Source: Ptychomitrium polyphyllum (Eukaryota). Taken from it: 64,000 nt of DNA. The position numbers were made by a program, and so were the translations under genes. Of the stretch, positions 49,990-60,967 are shown piece by piece. The stretch covers positions 20,212,001 through 20,276,000 of the forward strand of contig OZ316775.1 in the NCBI GenBank assembly GCA_973851085.1, in the 5' to 3' direction. Position 1 is the stretch's first letter; the number at the start of each line of letters is the position of its first letter. The notes below the pieces were generated by a model that worked only from the letters and a program-made list of their open reading frames with translations, was not told where the DNA came from and did not search any database.

Positions 49990-52900
49990 ATGGCAGGCAT
50001 CAAATCGCTCCTTATGGAAGATTCCGAGCTTCGTGCAAGCTCCCCTACAGAAGATTTCGAGATTTCCGAGGATGATTTGCCACGTGCAATATCCCCCATG
50101 ATAGACCCCAATGGGATCGAAGATGACTTGCCACTTCCAAGTCCCACTATGATAGAGTCTGACGGCATCGAAGATGATTTGCTTGTTGCAAGGCCCACAA
50201 TGATTGAATCTGATGGGATAGAAGATGACTTGCCTCTTGCAAGAACCCCCATGGCCGTCGATGATGCGGAGCCCACCGAGATGCAGGTTGAACCTGCTGC
50301 ATCCTATGTCCGACCAACACTGACACATGTGAGGGAGGAGCCAATGGAGGAGCCTGTTCACCGTGGCGAGAGGAAGATGACAAAAGAGGAAGAAGCGGAG
50401 TTGCGCTGGAATGTGGCGAAGTTGTTCTTTGAGCACAGAAGTCTTGTGGAAAACCAGCTGCAGAGCTTTAACGGATTTCTAGAGAAGGGAATGCAGAAAA
50501 TGTTTAAAGAAAGCACACCCATAGAAGTCGCTATAGATCATAATCCCGCTTCTGTAAGGATCTCGGGCTGCCCAAGACAGGCTCGGTTTTGGTTTGGTGA
50601 TGCCACTGTTGGAAAGCCGGAAGCATATGCAGATGATGAGAAAAATGTGACGAGAGCTCTGTTCCCAAGAGAGGCACGTCTTCGAAACATGACCTATGCT
50701 GCTCCAATAAACCTGAAAATCAGTTTAGAGGTAAAATATTATATTCACCAAGGCTTGTTTCAGCTTTTCTGCTTGCTGTGATACTTCAGGCTTTTCTACA
50801 GTTAACCTTGATGAAGAAAGATGCTTGTCTAAGGTTGGGTTTGAAACAGTTGAGAAATGATGTAGTGTAATATCTACATGGCAGATATATATAACCAGAA
50901 CAACGGGAAAGACAACAGAGAAGGTGGTGGTTCAGACAATGTCTGATACTGTGTGCATAGGCAGGATGCCAATCATGGTAAAAAGCTACTTCTGCCATCT
51001 TTCGGGGTTATCCAATGAGAAACGGAGGCGCAAAGAAGATTGCGGCTTTGACGTTGGAGGTTACTTCATCATTAAAGGTTCTGAAAAGGTGCGAAATACT
51101 TGATCCTGGGCATATAGTTGGCATGAGACGTAATTAGTAGTTCAAATATTTACATAGGTGATTACCTTTTTTTGAAATCTTGTTGATCTGGGATTTAGAC
51201 ACAGGCTGGAAATGAATGTCGTACTAAGTCTGAGGCGTGAGTGCAGGTGCTGATTGCGCAGGAGGAGAGATGCGATCAGCGGGTTTATGTACACTATCAA
51301 AAAAAAACCAACTCGTGGATGGCTACTTGTGCTCCGCCGTTCAGGGGATTCCGCGACTATCGTAGCAAGACCCCAGTGAAGCTCGTTATTGAGAAGAACG
51401 TGGCAACGATAAATATAACCCTCCCCAGCGTATTGGACCCAATTCCCGTGGTGGTCGTCATGAGGGCATTGGGTTTCTCCACAGATAAGGACTTTGTAGA
51501 GCTTGTCTGCTACAACTTCTCTGATCTGGAATTCCTCGAGCTGATTCGACCCTCTGTTGCGGCTGCGGATGAATGCATGATTAAATTCTTGCGCAAGAAG
51601 AGCAAAGGATCTGTGTCGGCAATGCGGACTGCACGCGAACAGGAGGCGGCTTTGGCTTATATTGGGGCGAAGGCGAGAAACAGCATCAAAACTGATGAGG
51701 CGGATGCTGGCAGGGACATACTTGGTCTTTTGTTCCTGCATCTTGGGGAGGGTTACAGGCAGAAGGCTTACTTTCTTGGGTACATCATTCGTCAAGTGTG
51801 TTTGGCATGCTTAGGTCGACGTCCTCCAGAGGATAAGGACCACTACAAGAACGTACGCCTGGAACTAGCTGGCCAGCTGTTAGGGCATCAGTTTCGAGGA
51901 GCAATGTCACACCTGCAGCGGGACATTGCGAAACAGGTGCAGAAGCAACTGGGCAAAGACGAATGCCTGTTCGTGATCAAAAGCTTCGTACAGGAGTCTA
52001 TAGTCACCAGAAACCTACAGTCAGCTTTCACTTTGGGCAATTGGAACACAAGCAGTGGAGTACGTAGTTCTGGCGTGATCGGTGATATTAAGAGGACAAA
52101 CACCATTGCGATGATATCACATCTGCGGCAGGTTCGGCTAAATATGCCCCCCAAGACGAGGCCGACTGAATCTGCAAGACATCCGTGAGTTTCCTCTCCC
52201 CATTTGTACGGTCTGCTAATTTGCAATGGCGTTTAACTCGTTGGTCTCATGTGGTTGCCTCATGTGAATCAACCAGACATGCTGATTGGCGGTTGTGAGA
52301 CATGATAAGAACTGAACGTAGTCAACATGAGTGTGTGCAGGAACTTCTCTTACTGGGCCAGAGTGTGCCCTGTGCAGACTACTGATGGAGATGATTGTGG
52401 GCTGGTTAAGAACATTGCCCTGACAGGGATTCTGAGTTCAAGCACAGATGAGGAACCAGTGATGGCGATTCTTCTTGAAAATGGAATGCAGTACTTGGAT
52501 GAGGTCATGCCGTCTGTTTTGGATTCGGCTGATAAGGTTTTTGTTAATGGAAAATGGGTTGGCATTTTAGATCAGTCCCAAGGGGTTGTGGATCTCCTTA
52601 GAGGTCTGAGGCGGAAAGGGGCGATCGTTGCTGAGGTATCGACTGATTATCCGTATCTGCTCATAGCTTGACCTGTATTGTTCTGACCATTAGGATAATG
52701 ATGTATGAATGGTTCAATTGAGCAGATTCTGAGATCGCTGCAGCACATACGTTTCTGGATCATGCTAACTCAAGATGTTGACGTGTGCCATAACAGACTG
52801 AAATCGTGAAGGATGATCAGCTAAAGGAGGTCCGTATCTACACGGATGCTGGTCGGATCTTGAGACCACTGCTCGTAGTGCAAGATCAACATCTGGTGCT

Positions 52901-54932
52901 CTCTAAACGGCATCTGAAGAAGAGACCCGGAAGAACGGCCAAGGACTGCTGGCAGATGTTGCTAGACAACGGTGTTGTCGAATACCTTGGGGTTGAGGAG
53001 GAGGAAAGATCAATGGTTGCATTAGGATCTGATGACTTGGTGAAGGCCCGAGCGGTTAAAGGTGCTCCACTTTATACGCACTGTGAAGTCGACGCATCAT
53101 ATTTGATGGGATTAGGTGCCTCAACAATCCCGTTCTTGGAACACAATCAGGCTTCTAGGAACCTCTTTCAATCCGACAAGCACTGCAAGCAGGCTATAGG
53201 GTTGTATACCACAAACTTTCTTGCAAGAGCTGATGCATCTGCCAGTCACTTGTTTTATCCGCAGAAGCCGCTGGTGACAACCCGAGCTACTAGCATATTG
53301 CATAAGCCTGAGCTTTATAGTGGCCAGGCGGCGATTGTAGCTATTTTGTCGTATGGATACAACCAGGAAGACTCAATCGTTATGAACCAGGCCTCTCTTG
53401 ATCGAGGCCTTTTCAGGTTGCTAACTGACTACTTCAGATTTAAATGTTACGTTTCGTATTTTATCCAAAGCGTACGTGATTTCATTTGTTTGCCAAAACA
53501 TTTTAGTATACGTAAGTCCGAGATTCACCTCGTTTGTGCTACACTCCTGTTCTTCGAAAATTACGCAAGTGCCAGTTGACGACTTGCCCATCACTTGCAG
53601 TTACCGGATAGAATACTTACGTGGCGTTTTTGGTGGTCAGATCTGCGCATTACAAAACGTTTAGGGGAGATGAAAGGAAAAACATTCAGGAGCGGTTTGC
53701 CAAGCCGAGCACTTCTGATGTCAGAGGGTGGTACAACAAGAGCCTAGACAAAGTGGAAAGCGACGGGTTTCCCTTTTTAGGGGAGAAACTCATTAAAGGT
53801 GACATCGTAATTGGGAAGGTTACTGCAGAAGCGGGTAATCTCAGGCAGGTGGATAACAGTACACACCTTAAAATACATCAGAAGGGGCACGTTGACCAGG
53901 TGATGCTTAGCACTGAGGAAGATGGTCACCGGATAGCCAAAGTTCGACTCCGAGTGACCCGAGCTCCACAGGCCGGTGATAAGTTTTCAAGTATGCATGG
54001 GCAGAAGGGAGTCGTTGGGGCTATTTTTCCTCAGGAGGACTTGCCTTTTACACAGCAGGGAATCGTCCCAGACATCATCATGAATCCTCATGCTCTTCCG
54101 AGCAGGCAAACCGTGGGCCAGCTTTTGGAGTGTTTGCTTGGCAAGGCCATAGCCGCCAGTGGTACGCGTCGTTATGCAACGCCTTTCAGTGGAGTTGACA
54201 ACGCGGAAGCAATCAACAACTACCTACAGAAGTTAGTTCAAATTTATCTATGACTGTTTTATTTCCCTACAATTATACCCTCTTGAGTATTCCTGAACTG
54301 GATTAATTGCCTTCTTTTTAATTGAACTCTTTGTAATATAAGTTCTAGTTTGATATTCTGTCATATTTAAATAACGCCAGGTTTTTTTAGTGATGAAGGT
54401 GCCTCATTGTTATACTAACTTTCTCTGGGCCCTTTGGTTTGCTTGTTTTAGAGCAAATCTCGCAAGAGGGGGCACTGAACACATGTGTCACGGCACATCT
54501 GGCCAGAGATTGACAGCTCTCGTTACAATTGGACCCACCTTCTACCAAAGGCTGGAGCACATGGCCGAGGACAAGATCAAGTACAGAGGCAACACCGGAC
54601 CCGTGAACCTGCTCACACGACAACCAGTCAAGGATCGAAACTCTCTAGGGGGGTTGAAATTTGGAGAGATGGAACGAGATTGCATGCTCGGTCACGGAGC
54701 CTCAGCCACCTTACGGGAACGATATTTCCTGCTGAGCGATCCTTACACGATGCACATATGTCAACAATGCAGACGGCCAGCATCAATGGATGCCTCACGT
54801 ATTCCTAAGTGCCAGTTCTGCAAGACTGGGAAACACGTTGTCCAGATTCAGATCCCATATGCATGTAAGTTGCTGTGGCAGGAGCTCCTCAGCATGGGCA
54901 TCTGTGTGTACATGGACACCAAGGAATGCTAG
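49990..54932 (+). CDS. NRPD2: RNA polymerase IV/V second-largest subunit; exons 49990-50730, 50885-51088, 51247-52184, 52341-52635, 52797-53416, 53641-54231, 54452-54932
   Basis: RPB2-family motifs FPREARLRNMTY, GYFIIKGSEK, GYNQEDS, GEMERDC and the zinc ribbon. GDKFSSMHGQKG matches NRPD2/E2 rather than Pol II GDKFASRHGQKG. Confidence 0.9.
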
Positions 54933-56130
54933 CCCAGTCATCTGTAACATCTTTGTAAATGAACTCACACACTAACCTCGGCCTCGAGGACGATACAAAC
55001 TGTTTTCTGTAAAACAACTTCCCAAACCTTTTTCCATTGTGGGCGTTGGGTTGATGACACTTTCCAGCATTCTGCATTTCATTACAGCGTTTGCAGTCGT
55101 GTCCTTCCACTCTTTTGTGCTGTTGAATAGAAAATGCTGAAGTTGCTGTAACGTTGTGTTGGTACTTTGATTGAGTTCTTAAAATATTAATTATCCAGCG
55201 TCTATCCAGCTGACCTCAGCGATTCTACTTCCTTTTTCTGTAACCTTGTTGTATAGAGCAGTGAAGGTTACTTATCAATCTTCTTCAAGTATTCAAGGTC
55301 GGTACTCCATACTGCAAATTTATTTACACCACACATTGCACAGCATGAAATTTCACACAGGACCACCTAGTGAAAGGATATTATACAAACTAAATACTTG
55401 AGAAAAACACCTGAAAAGTAGTCAGCTTTTCCATGTGGATTCACCTGCATCTTTATTGAAAAGTCTCCCACATCACGCCAGGTACAGTAAACATGCATAC
55501 GTAATCCAAGACTTGTGAACCCCGGTCCAAGTAAACAAACAATTTTCTAGCGATATCAGAGGAAAAGCTTATTCAGAGGCTCTACCTCCGCTGATGCAAG
55601 CAACACAACCATAGGCATCCATGGCATCCATATCTAGTTCGTCCAGCAGAAGAGCCATCGCAGTCTGGGATGAGAACCTGGAGCCATTCTTGTTGGCCTT
55701 AGGAGCTGTAGCTCATCCCCAGCATGCACACTAAGTCCATTGAAAGTGTTCCACTATAAGCCTGAACTTGCACCTAAAGTCCAACTCAGAAAGCCACAAA
55801 CAACTGGAATATCCTGAGTGAGCAACCCAAGCAAGAATGCTCAGGAGGTTGAAGTGTGACCCTAACATTTTTAAATCACAGTGTTGTAGAAGTTGGATTA
55901 ACCCTTTACACTTTACACCGCAAGGACCTTGAATTTAAAGGCTTTATTGAAGTTTTTGTACTTACGTGTGTGAATGCCCTCACTATTACATAATAACAGC
56001 TTCAATCGCAATTATGAATATCACTAAGAAATAGGGCATAATTACTTCTATTCTTAAGCCCTATTGGGGCCAACTTAAAAGGGCGCATGAAGCAAATTAT
56101 CATCTAACAGTCAGGATACAACACATTGCA

Positions 56131-56203
56131 TGTTGGAATAGTTTAGTCGGTTAGTACGGTGGGATCATAATTCACACAAAAGGGTTCAAATCCCTCTTTG
56201 ATA
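56131..56203 (+). pseudogene. trnM: Mitochondrial-type tRNA-Met(CAU) pseudogene
   Basis: D-arm TAGTTTAGTCGGTTAG, anticodon loop TCATAA and T-arm AGGGTTCAAATCCCT; acceptor stem mismatched. Confidence 0.7.
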
Positions 56204-57040
56204 ATAAATTTTGGATAGGAATTGAACCTACGGGAGGTAAAAAAAAGATATTTATATCTTTTTTTGCGCTGATCACTAACCGTATCTTAAATCTTTTTTT
56301 TCTATGATAGGCTACAGTAAAAAAAGATTTACAATGTTTTACTAAGATGTTTTATAATAAGATTTACAATCTTATTATAACTAGAAATGCTACATAATAT
56401 ATGTTGTTTTGACCAATAGATATTGTTCATGAACTACGTAACTACACTCTTATGTTATACTAATAAAGTAGAACTAGTTGTTATGCTAGTAGCTTTTGAA
56501 TCATCATAGATAATTATTGAGTATCACGCAAATGTACATTGCTCCAGCTTGTTGCAAGGAAAATTTAAGTAGGTCTATATGGCTTACTTTCGATCGCTCT
56601 ATTCACACGTAAAGGATAAATCAGGATAGAGGTGGTAAGAACGGGGTAGTATACAACATTATAATATAGGCCAGGGTCTTGTGATTGGACAAGCCATATA
56701 AAAAACAAACACAATTAAAAGCATTTCAAGAAGCGGTGTATGTTATGTAGGTTATAATTAATAAATAGGTTTATTTATAAACCTGAAGTAAATCGGCGAC
56801 ATAACCGGCAGCACCTCAATGTAGCCGACTTGTGGCTTGCGGCCCTGCACGGCTAGAGGCGACGCATTGGCCAAAGATTCTTTTATGCCAGGTTTTATAA
56901 GAAATAAAAATAAAGTCAAGTTAGAGAGCCCTTTAGTGATTTTTGTTAGAGAGCACTTGTGTAGTCTAACTCATTGAATGCAGGAAACCAATGATTAAGC
57001 AAGTTAACTTTTTAATCTATTTATTAATGGCTACGCACTT

Positions 57041-57156
57041 TCGGGCATTATGGTAAGATGTGAAAACACTCAATTCCATTTTGACCTTAAAATGTGAAAT
57101 TGTCTTATGTTATAAATACTAATTTATCAATTTTGAGAGAAATGGTCTATGCCCGA
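57041..57156 (+). pseudogene. rrn5: Mitochondrial 5S rRNA pseudogene
   Basis: TCGGGCAT...ATGCCCGA terminal stem; body follows plant mitochondrial 5S as recalled (GTGAAAACAC, TCCATT, ATGTG.AAT.GTCTT) with many C>T/G>A changes. Confidence 0.85.
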
Positions 57157-57406
57157 ACAACGTTCAATTTAAATTATTCAAAAACACTATTAAAAATGAT
57201 GAACAATCAATCGCAAGGCTAAAGGTCCAAGAGGACTAAGCTTGCCAATATTGCTATGTAACATTTGGTGCTTAATGATGAATCATCATAAAGACACGCA
57301 ATAAAAAAAATTCATATTTTTTATAAAAAAATATACTTGAGGTGCGGGGACCTGCTGCACAAAAATAAATAGTTTGCGACATTGTTGAGTAAAAGCTTAT
57401 TATATA

Positions 57407-57479
57407 TGCGGAATAGAGTAATTGATAAATTGTCAAGCTCATAACTTGAATGTTGTAGGTTTAAATCTTACTCCTACCA
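57407..57479 (+). pseudogene. trnfM: Mitochondrial initiator tRNA-fMet(CAU) pseudogene
   Basis: GCGGAATAGAGTAATTG...TCAAGCTCATAACTTGA...GTAGGTTTAAATCTTAC; cloverleaf eroded by transitions. Confidence 0.75.
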
Positions 57480-58022
57480 AATTTCTTAAGTGGTTTTTGA
57501 AAAACAGCATGATTTCTACAAAAAGTAGCAATGCATTCATAACTTAGTTATTTCCGCATGTTCTTGATTTATTTTTTGGTTATAAAAGTATTAAAATAAA
57601 TAAATGGTGTGATAAGGCAAATACTCAATATTCTATTATATTAGGTCTAGGCAAAAACAACTTTGTATTTTGTTAGTAACTCAAATGATGCAATATGTAA
57701 ATATAAGATACATATTACTATTCTATTGATGATTTGGAATAGTTATTTATAAGATAATTAAGGAGCAAATCGATCTAGTTATTCTAATTGCTTAGATTTG
57801 GTATGCCTTTTTTTTTATTAGATTTTTAAAAAAAATTTAAAAATTAGTCAAAATATGCACTTTGTGCATAAACCTTTGCTTTCAAGCCTAACGACACCCG
57901 CTCCAATAAATGACCTAACCAGAAAGAAGGTAAGTCCGTCATTTGAAAGTATAAATAGAAGTCTTATTGGCATTTTGATAGTCACTAATGAAGTAGGTGC
58001 AATTCCTACTGTATCCAAAATA

Positions 58023-58255
58023 ATGCATGGACTGAATTCCTAAGCATTGAGAAAGAAGGACGCTTTCAAGGACAAAATGCCATGGAAAGAGATACTCTTT
58101 GTGATCCATGGATCTCCAATCATGAAACCGTATCCAAGTAGGGTGGTGCATTAGTGTATTGCGCTTTGTCTTGGACTTTTAAAACATCTAAGTAGCTAAA
58201 GATTAGGAAATCAACCGAGACTCCAATAGTAGCAGCAAGTAAAAGTGGATTAAGC
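58023..58255 (+). pseudogene. rrn26: 5' fragment of mitochondrial 26S rRNA
   Basis: GCATTGAGAAAGAAGGACGCTTTC, GTGATCCATGGATCTCC, AAACCGTATCCAAG, AAACATCTAAGTAGCTAAAG and AATCAACCGAGAC match the plant mitochondrial LSU 5' end as recalled. Confidence 0.85.
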
Positions 58256-58284
58256 TTTGTGGCCTAAAAAGAAGTTGTTTCTTT

Positions 58285-58346
58285 ATAGACAATATAGACA
58301 ATATAAACAATATAGATATTATAGACATATATAGACATATAAACAA
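58285..58346. repeat. Degenerate 9-bp tandem repeat (ATAGACAAT-like) near the right NUMT junction
   Basis: About 6-7 units read directly. Confidence 0.75.
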
Positions 58347-59977
58347 ATGAATAAGCAATCTAATGGTGTTTTATTTTTGTTGTATTTAATGTCTTTTAGG
58401 TTTTGATTTGTGTGGTTTTTAAAAAAAAAAGTGTACCTATTTGGTACATTTAAAAACCTTCAAAAGTCAAGTTTTTTAATATAGTTATGCAAAAATGGAA
58501 AAAATAAGAAAATTGAAGTATATTATAATTTGTTGTTTTTATAAGAGTTTTGCATTTTTGAATATATTTCAATATTTGACTTTATATTGTCAATGCATTT
58601 TAGGATTTGAATATGGAATGAATTATAAAATTCCAACAATATGTAGAATATAAGAGATTCTTCATGGTACAAAATGACCTTGAGTTGTGAATATTGTTTA
58701 TTAAATTTTGTCAATTATATGTATTGTACATATATAAAAATTATTGCTGTTAATTTATTTATAATTTCAGCTTGTAAAATATAAACATCTTCTTTTAAGA
58801 TTATTTTGATTTATTATTTAATTAACAACTTCATCAATAAAATACTTTCCATCCTTTGCACTACAAATTACATTCTTAAATTTTAAAGCTAAAGCATCTT
58901 TTAATAAAAATACTTCAATTTTATCCATTCTATCAGTATCTTTAAGGCATGTTTTTCCAATTAAGATTTCATTATACTTTATAAAAAACCTTTTTTCAAA
59001 AATCATATGTCTCTAACAACTTTATTATTTCTTAAATAAAGAATATGTTACATTGCGATTTGTCTTAAGTTTTAAAATTTTGATAGTGACTTTATCTTGG
59101 TTTACTTTAGACTCAAAGTCAAAGAAATAAATAATACAAAAAAATAAAGAACATAAGATTGTTTCAAATTTATTTAATATTTTTTGGTTTTGAATGATTA
59201 ATTTGGTGTTTTTTATACTATACTTTTGATACTTTTGATAATAGTACATCTTAGTAGGCATTTTCTTTACTTTTCCATTGGTTATCATTTCTTTATTTAT
59301 TTTTTTTCAAAATGCGTTAATACATCTCATACACATCTTTCACATGGTGATACCATTTACAAACACATTTTAATTCAAACAATTTATATAATCCCTAAAT
59401 ATTAGAATCAAAATTCTAAATCATAAAGGAACTGAAACACCTCTTCTATTCACATTCAATTACATTTATAATTCATGTAAATTCTTGTGGTTCTTTAAAC
59501 TCTTGTATTCATTTGCCATAATTTCTCTGGTGTAGATAATTAAGTTCTAAAAAATTGTGAATTTTCAAGAACAACTTTATAATTTCAAGTCCTGTTACTT
59601 TTGTAATTCAAGAAGAAAAGGTTTGATTTCTCAAATCACATAAAATACTATTAAAACTTTTTATCAATTCAGGAGTTTGCACTCTTTAATCAACCTCAAA
59701 AGAACAAAAGGAAACAATGTTGATTTTTCAGTTTACAAATTATTTTCTAAAAATGTTCTTCAGAAATCAATTTCAAAATACTAGTAATGGTTATAATAGA
59801 AGCAACCATAAAAACATGATCTACTTTCTTTCATATAGCAACTTCATGTTGATGAGTCATCAACATTTTACAATATATCGTTCGAAAATCCCAGACCTCC
59901 TTTAATTCAAGGGATTAAATCAATAGTTTCCCCTCCCTGCAACAGACAAAGCAACCGCCGTGGCAGAAAAGGAGTCC

Positions 59978-60032
59978 TACGTGGCCGCCACGTAATGTAA
60001 TAAACTCAAGAGCACATGGCCTGCGGACACGT
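59978..60032. promoter_or_regulatory. ABRE/G-box cluster upstream of the tafazzin-like gene
   Basis: TACGTGGC-C-GCCACGTA (two inverted ACGTGGC) at 59978-59994 and GACACGT at 60026-60032. Confidence 0.5.
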
Positions 60033-60967
60033 CAGGCCCACAGCCACCCCAGACCTGAAAATCTGACGAAGCCCTAATAGCCATCCAAAACAAACAGAAC
60101 GCAAACACTACAATGACCAGCGAAGGAATGAAGTCCAAAGCCGTCACTCGAGTCCACATCTACAAATCCTGTGGACTTCTGATGATCAGATGTACCCCTT
60201 TTGTAGAGAAAATCGGAGGTGAGGACACCGACAATTTGTCTCTGTATGCTTTACACGCAAGAAATCCTCCTCATCTATGCAGGGCACACATACTAGTATA
60301 AGAAGTCTATGACAGTTAGAGATATTGAGGGCCGCCTTCACACTAGGTCTGCCTGATATGGCCTTTGCTTTGTCCTTCAGAGTTTAAGCTATGGCACTTT
60401 CATGCTCACTTTCCTACACCATACCTTGCGATCGGCCGTGCCACCCCTCCGGCATGGAGTTTGCATGATCTATACCTCGAATTACAGTTTTTTAGATACT
60501 TAATTTGACGACACTCTCTCAAAACGCCGACTTTGATTGACTGCTTAGACTGCTACTAGAGTTGAGACGAATTGACTCCTTTCATCTGCACTCGTGGATC
60601 GTGTTGTGGTGTGGGGTGGGAGTGGAGAACAGTTTGAGTTTAAGAAGTAGGTTGTACTAAGGATTAGGTAGTGTGTTAGGATTTGTACTTGAAGCTGCAA
60701 AAGTTAGGTTTTTGGGTCTGTGTTCTGGAGCCGGGACCCGGTTTACTACCTTGCGGTGATTCTAGTTTTTGATGTCGTGTAGAGTGATGATCCTGGGTTT
60801 GAGCTGAATTTTGCGTTTTGTTGAGGGGGTTGGTTTTCAACACGGTGAAGATTTTTGTAGCCATGGAGGAGAATTCTAGGAAGTTTTAGTGTTGAGAAGA
60901 GTATTATTGGTGTTGAAGTTGGATTAGCTGTAGAGGAAGCGTTGAACAGGGGAGTGAAGTGCAGGAC

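Larger units (their letters stand above)
56090..58270 (+). other. Nuclear mitochondrial insertion (NUMT), decayed; boundaries approximate
   Basis: Collinear degenerate trnM, rrn5, trnfM and 5' rrn26 resembling plant mitochondrial sequences, flanked by nuclear genes. Confidence 0.85.

Noticed and set aside
49873..52226. Long minus-strand ORFs (187, 217 and 112 aa) over NRPD2
   Set aside because: Antisense shadows of well-supported coding exons.
56131..57479. Functional tRNA and 5S genes
   Set aside because: Stems and conserved positions are broken by transitions; treated as NUMT pseudogenes.
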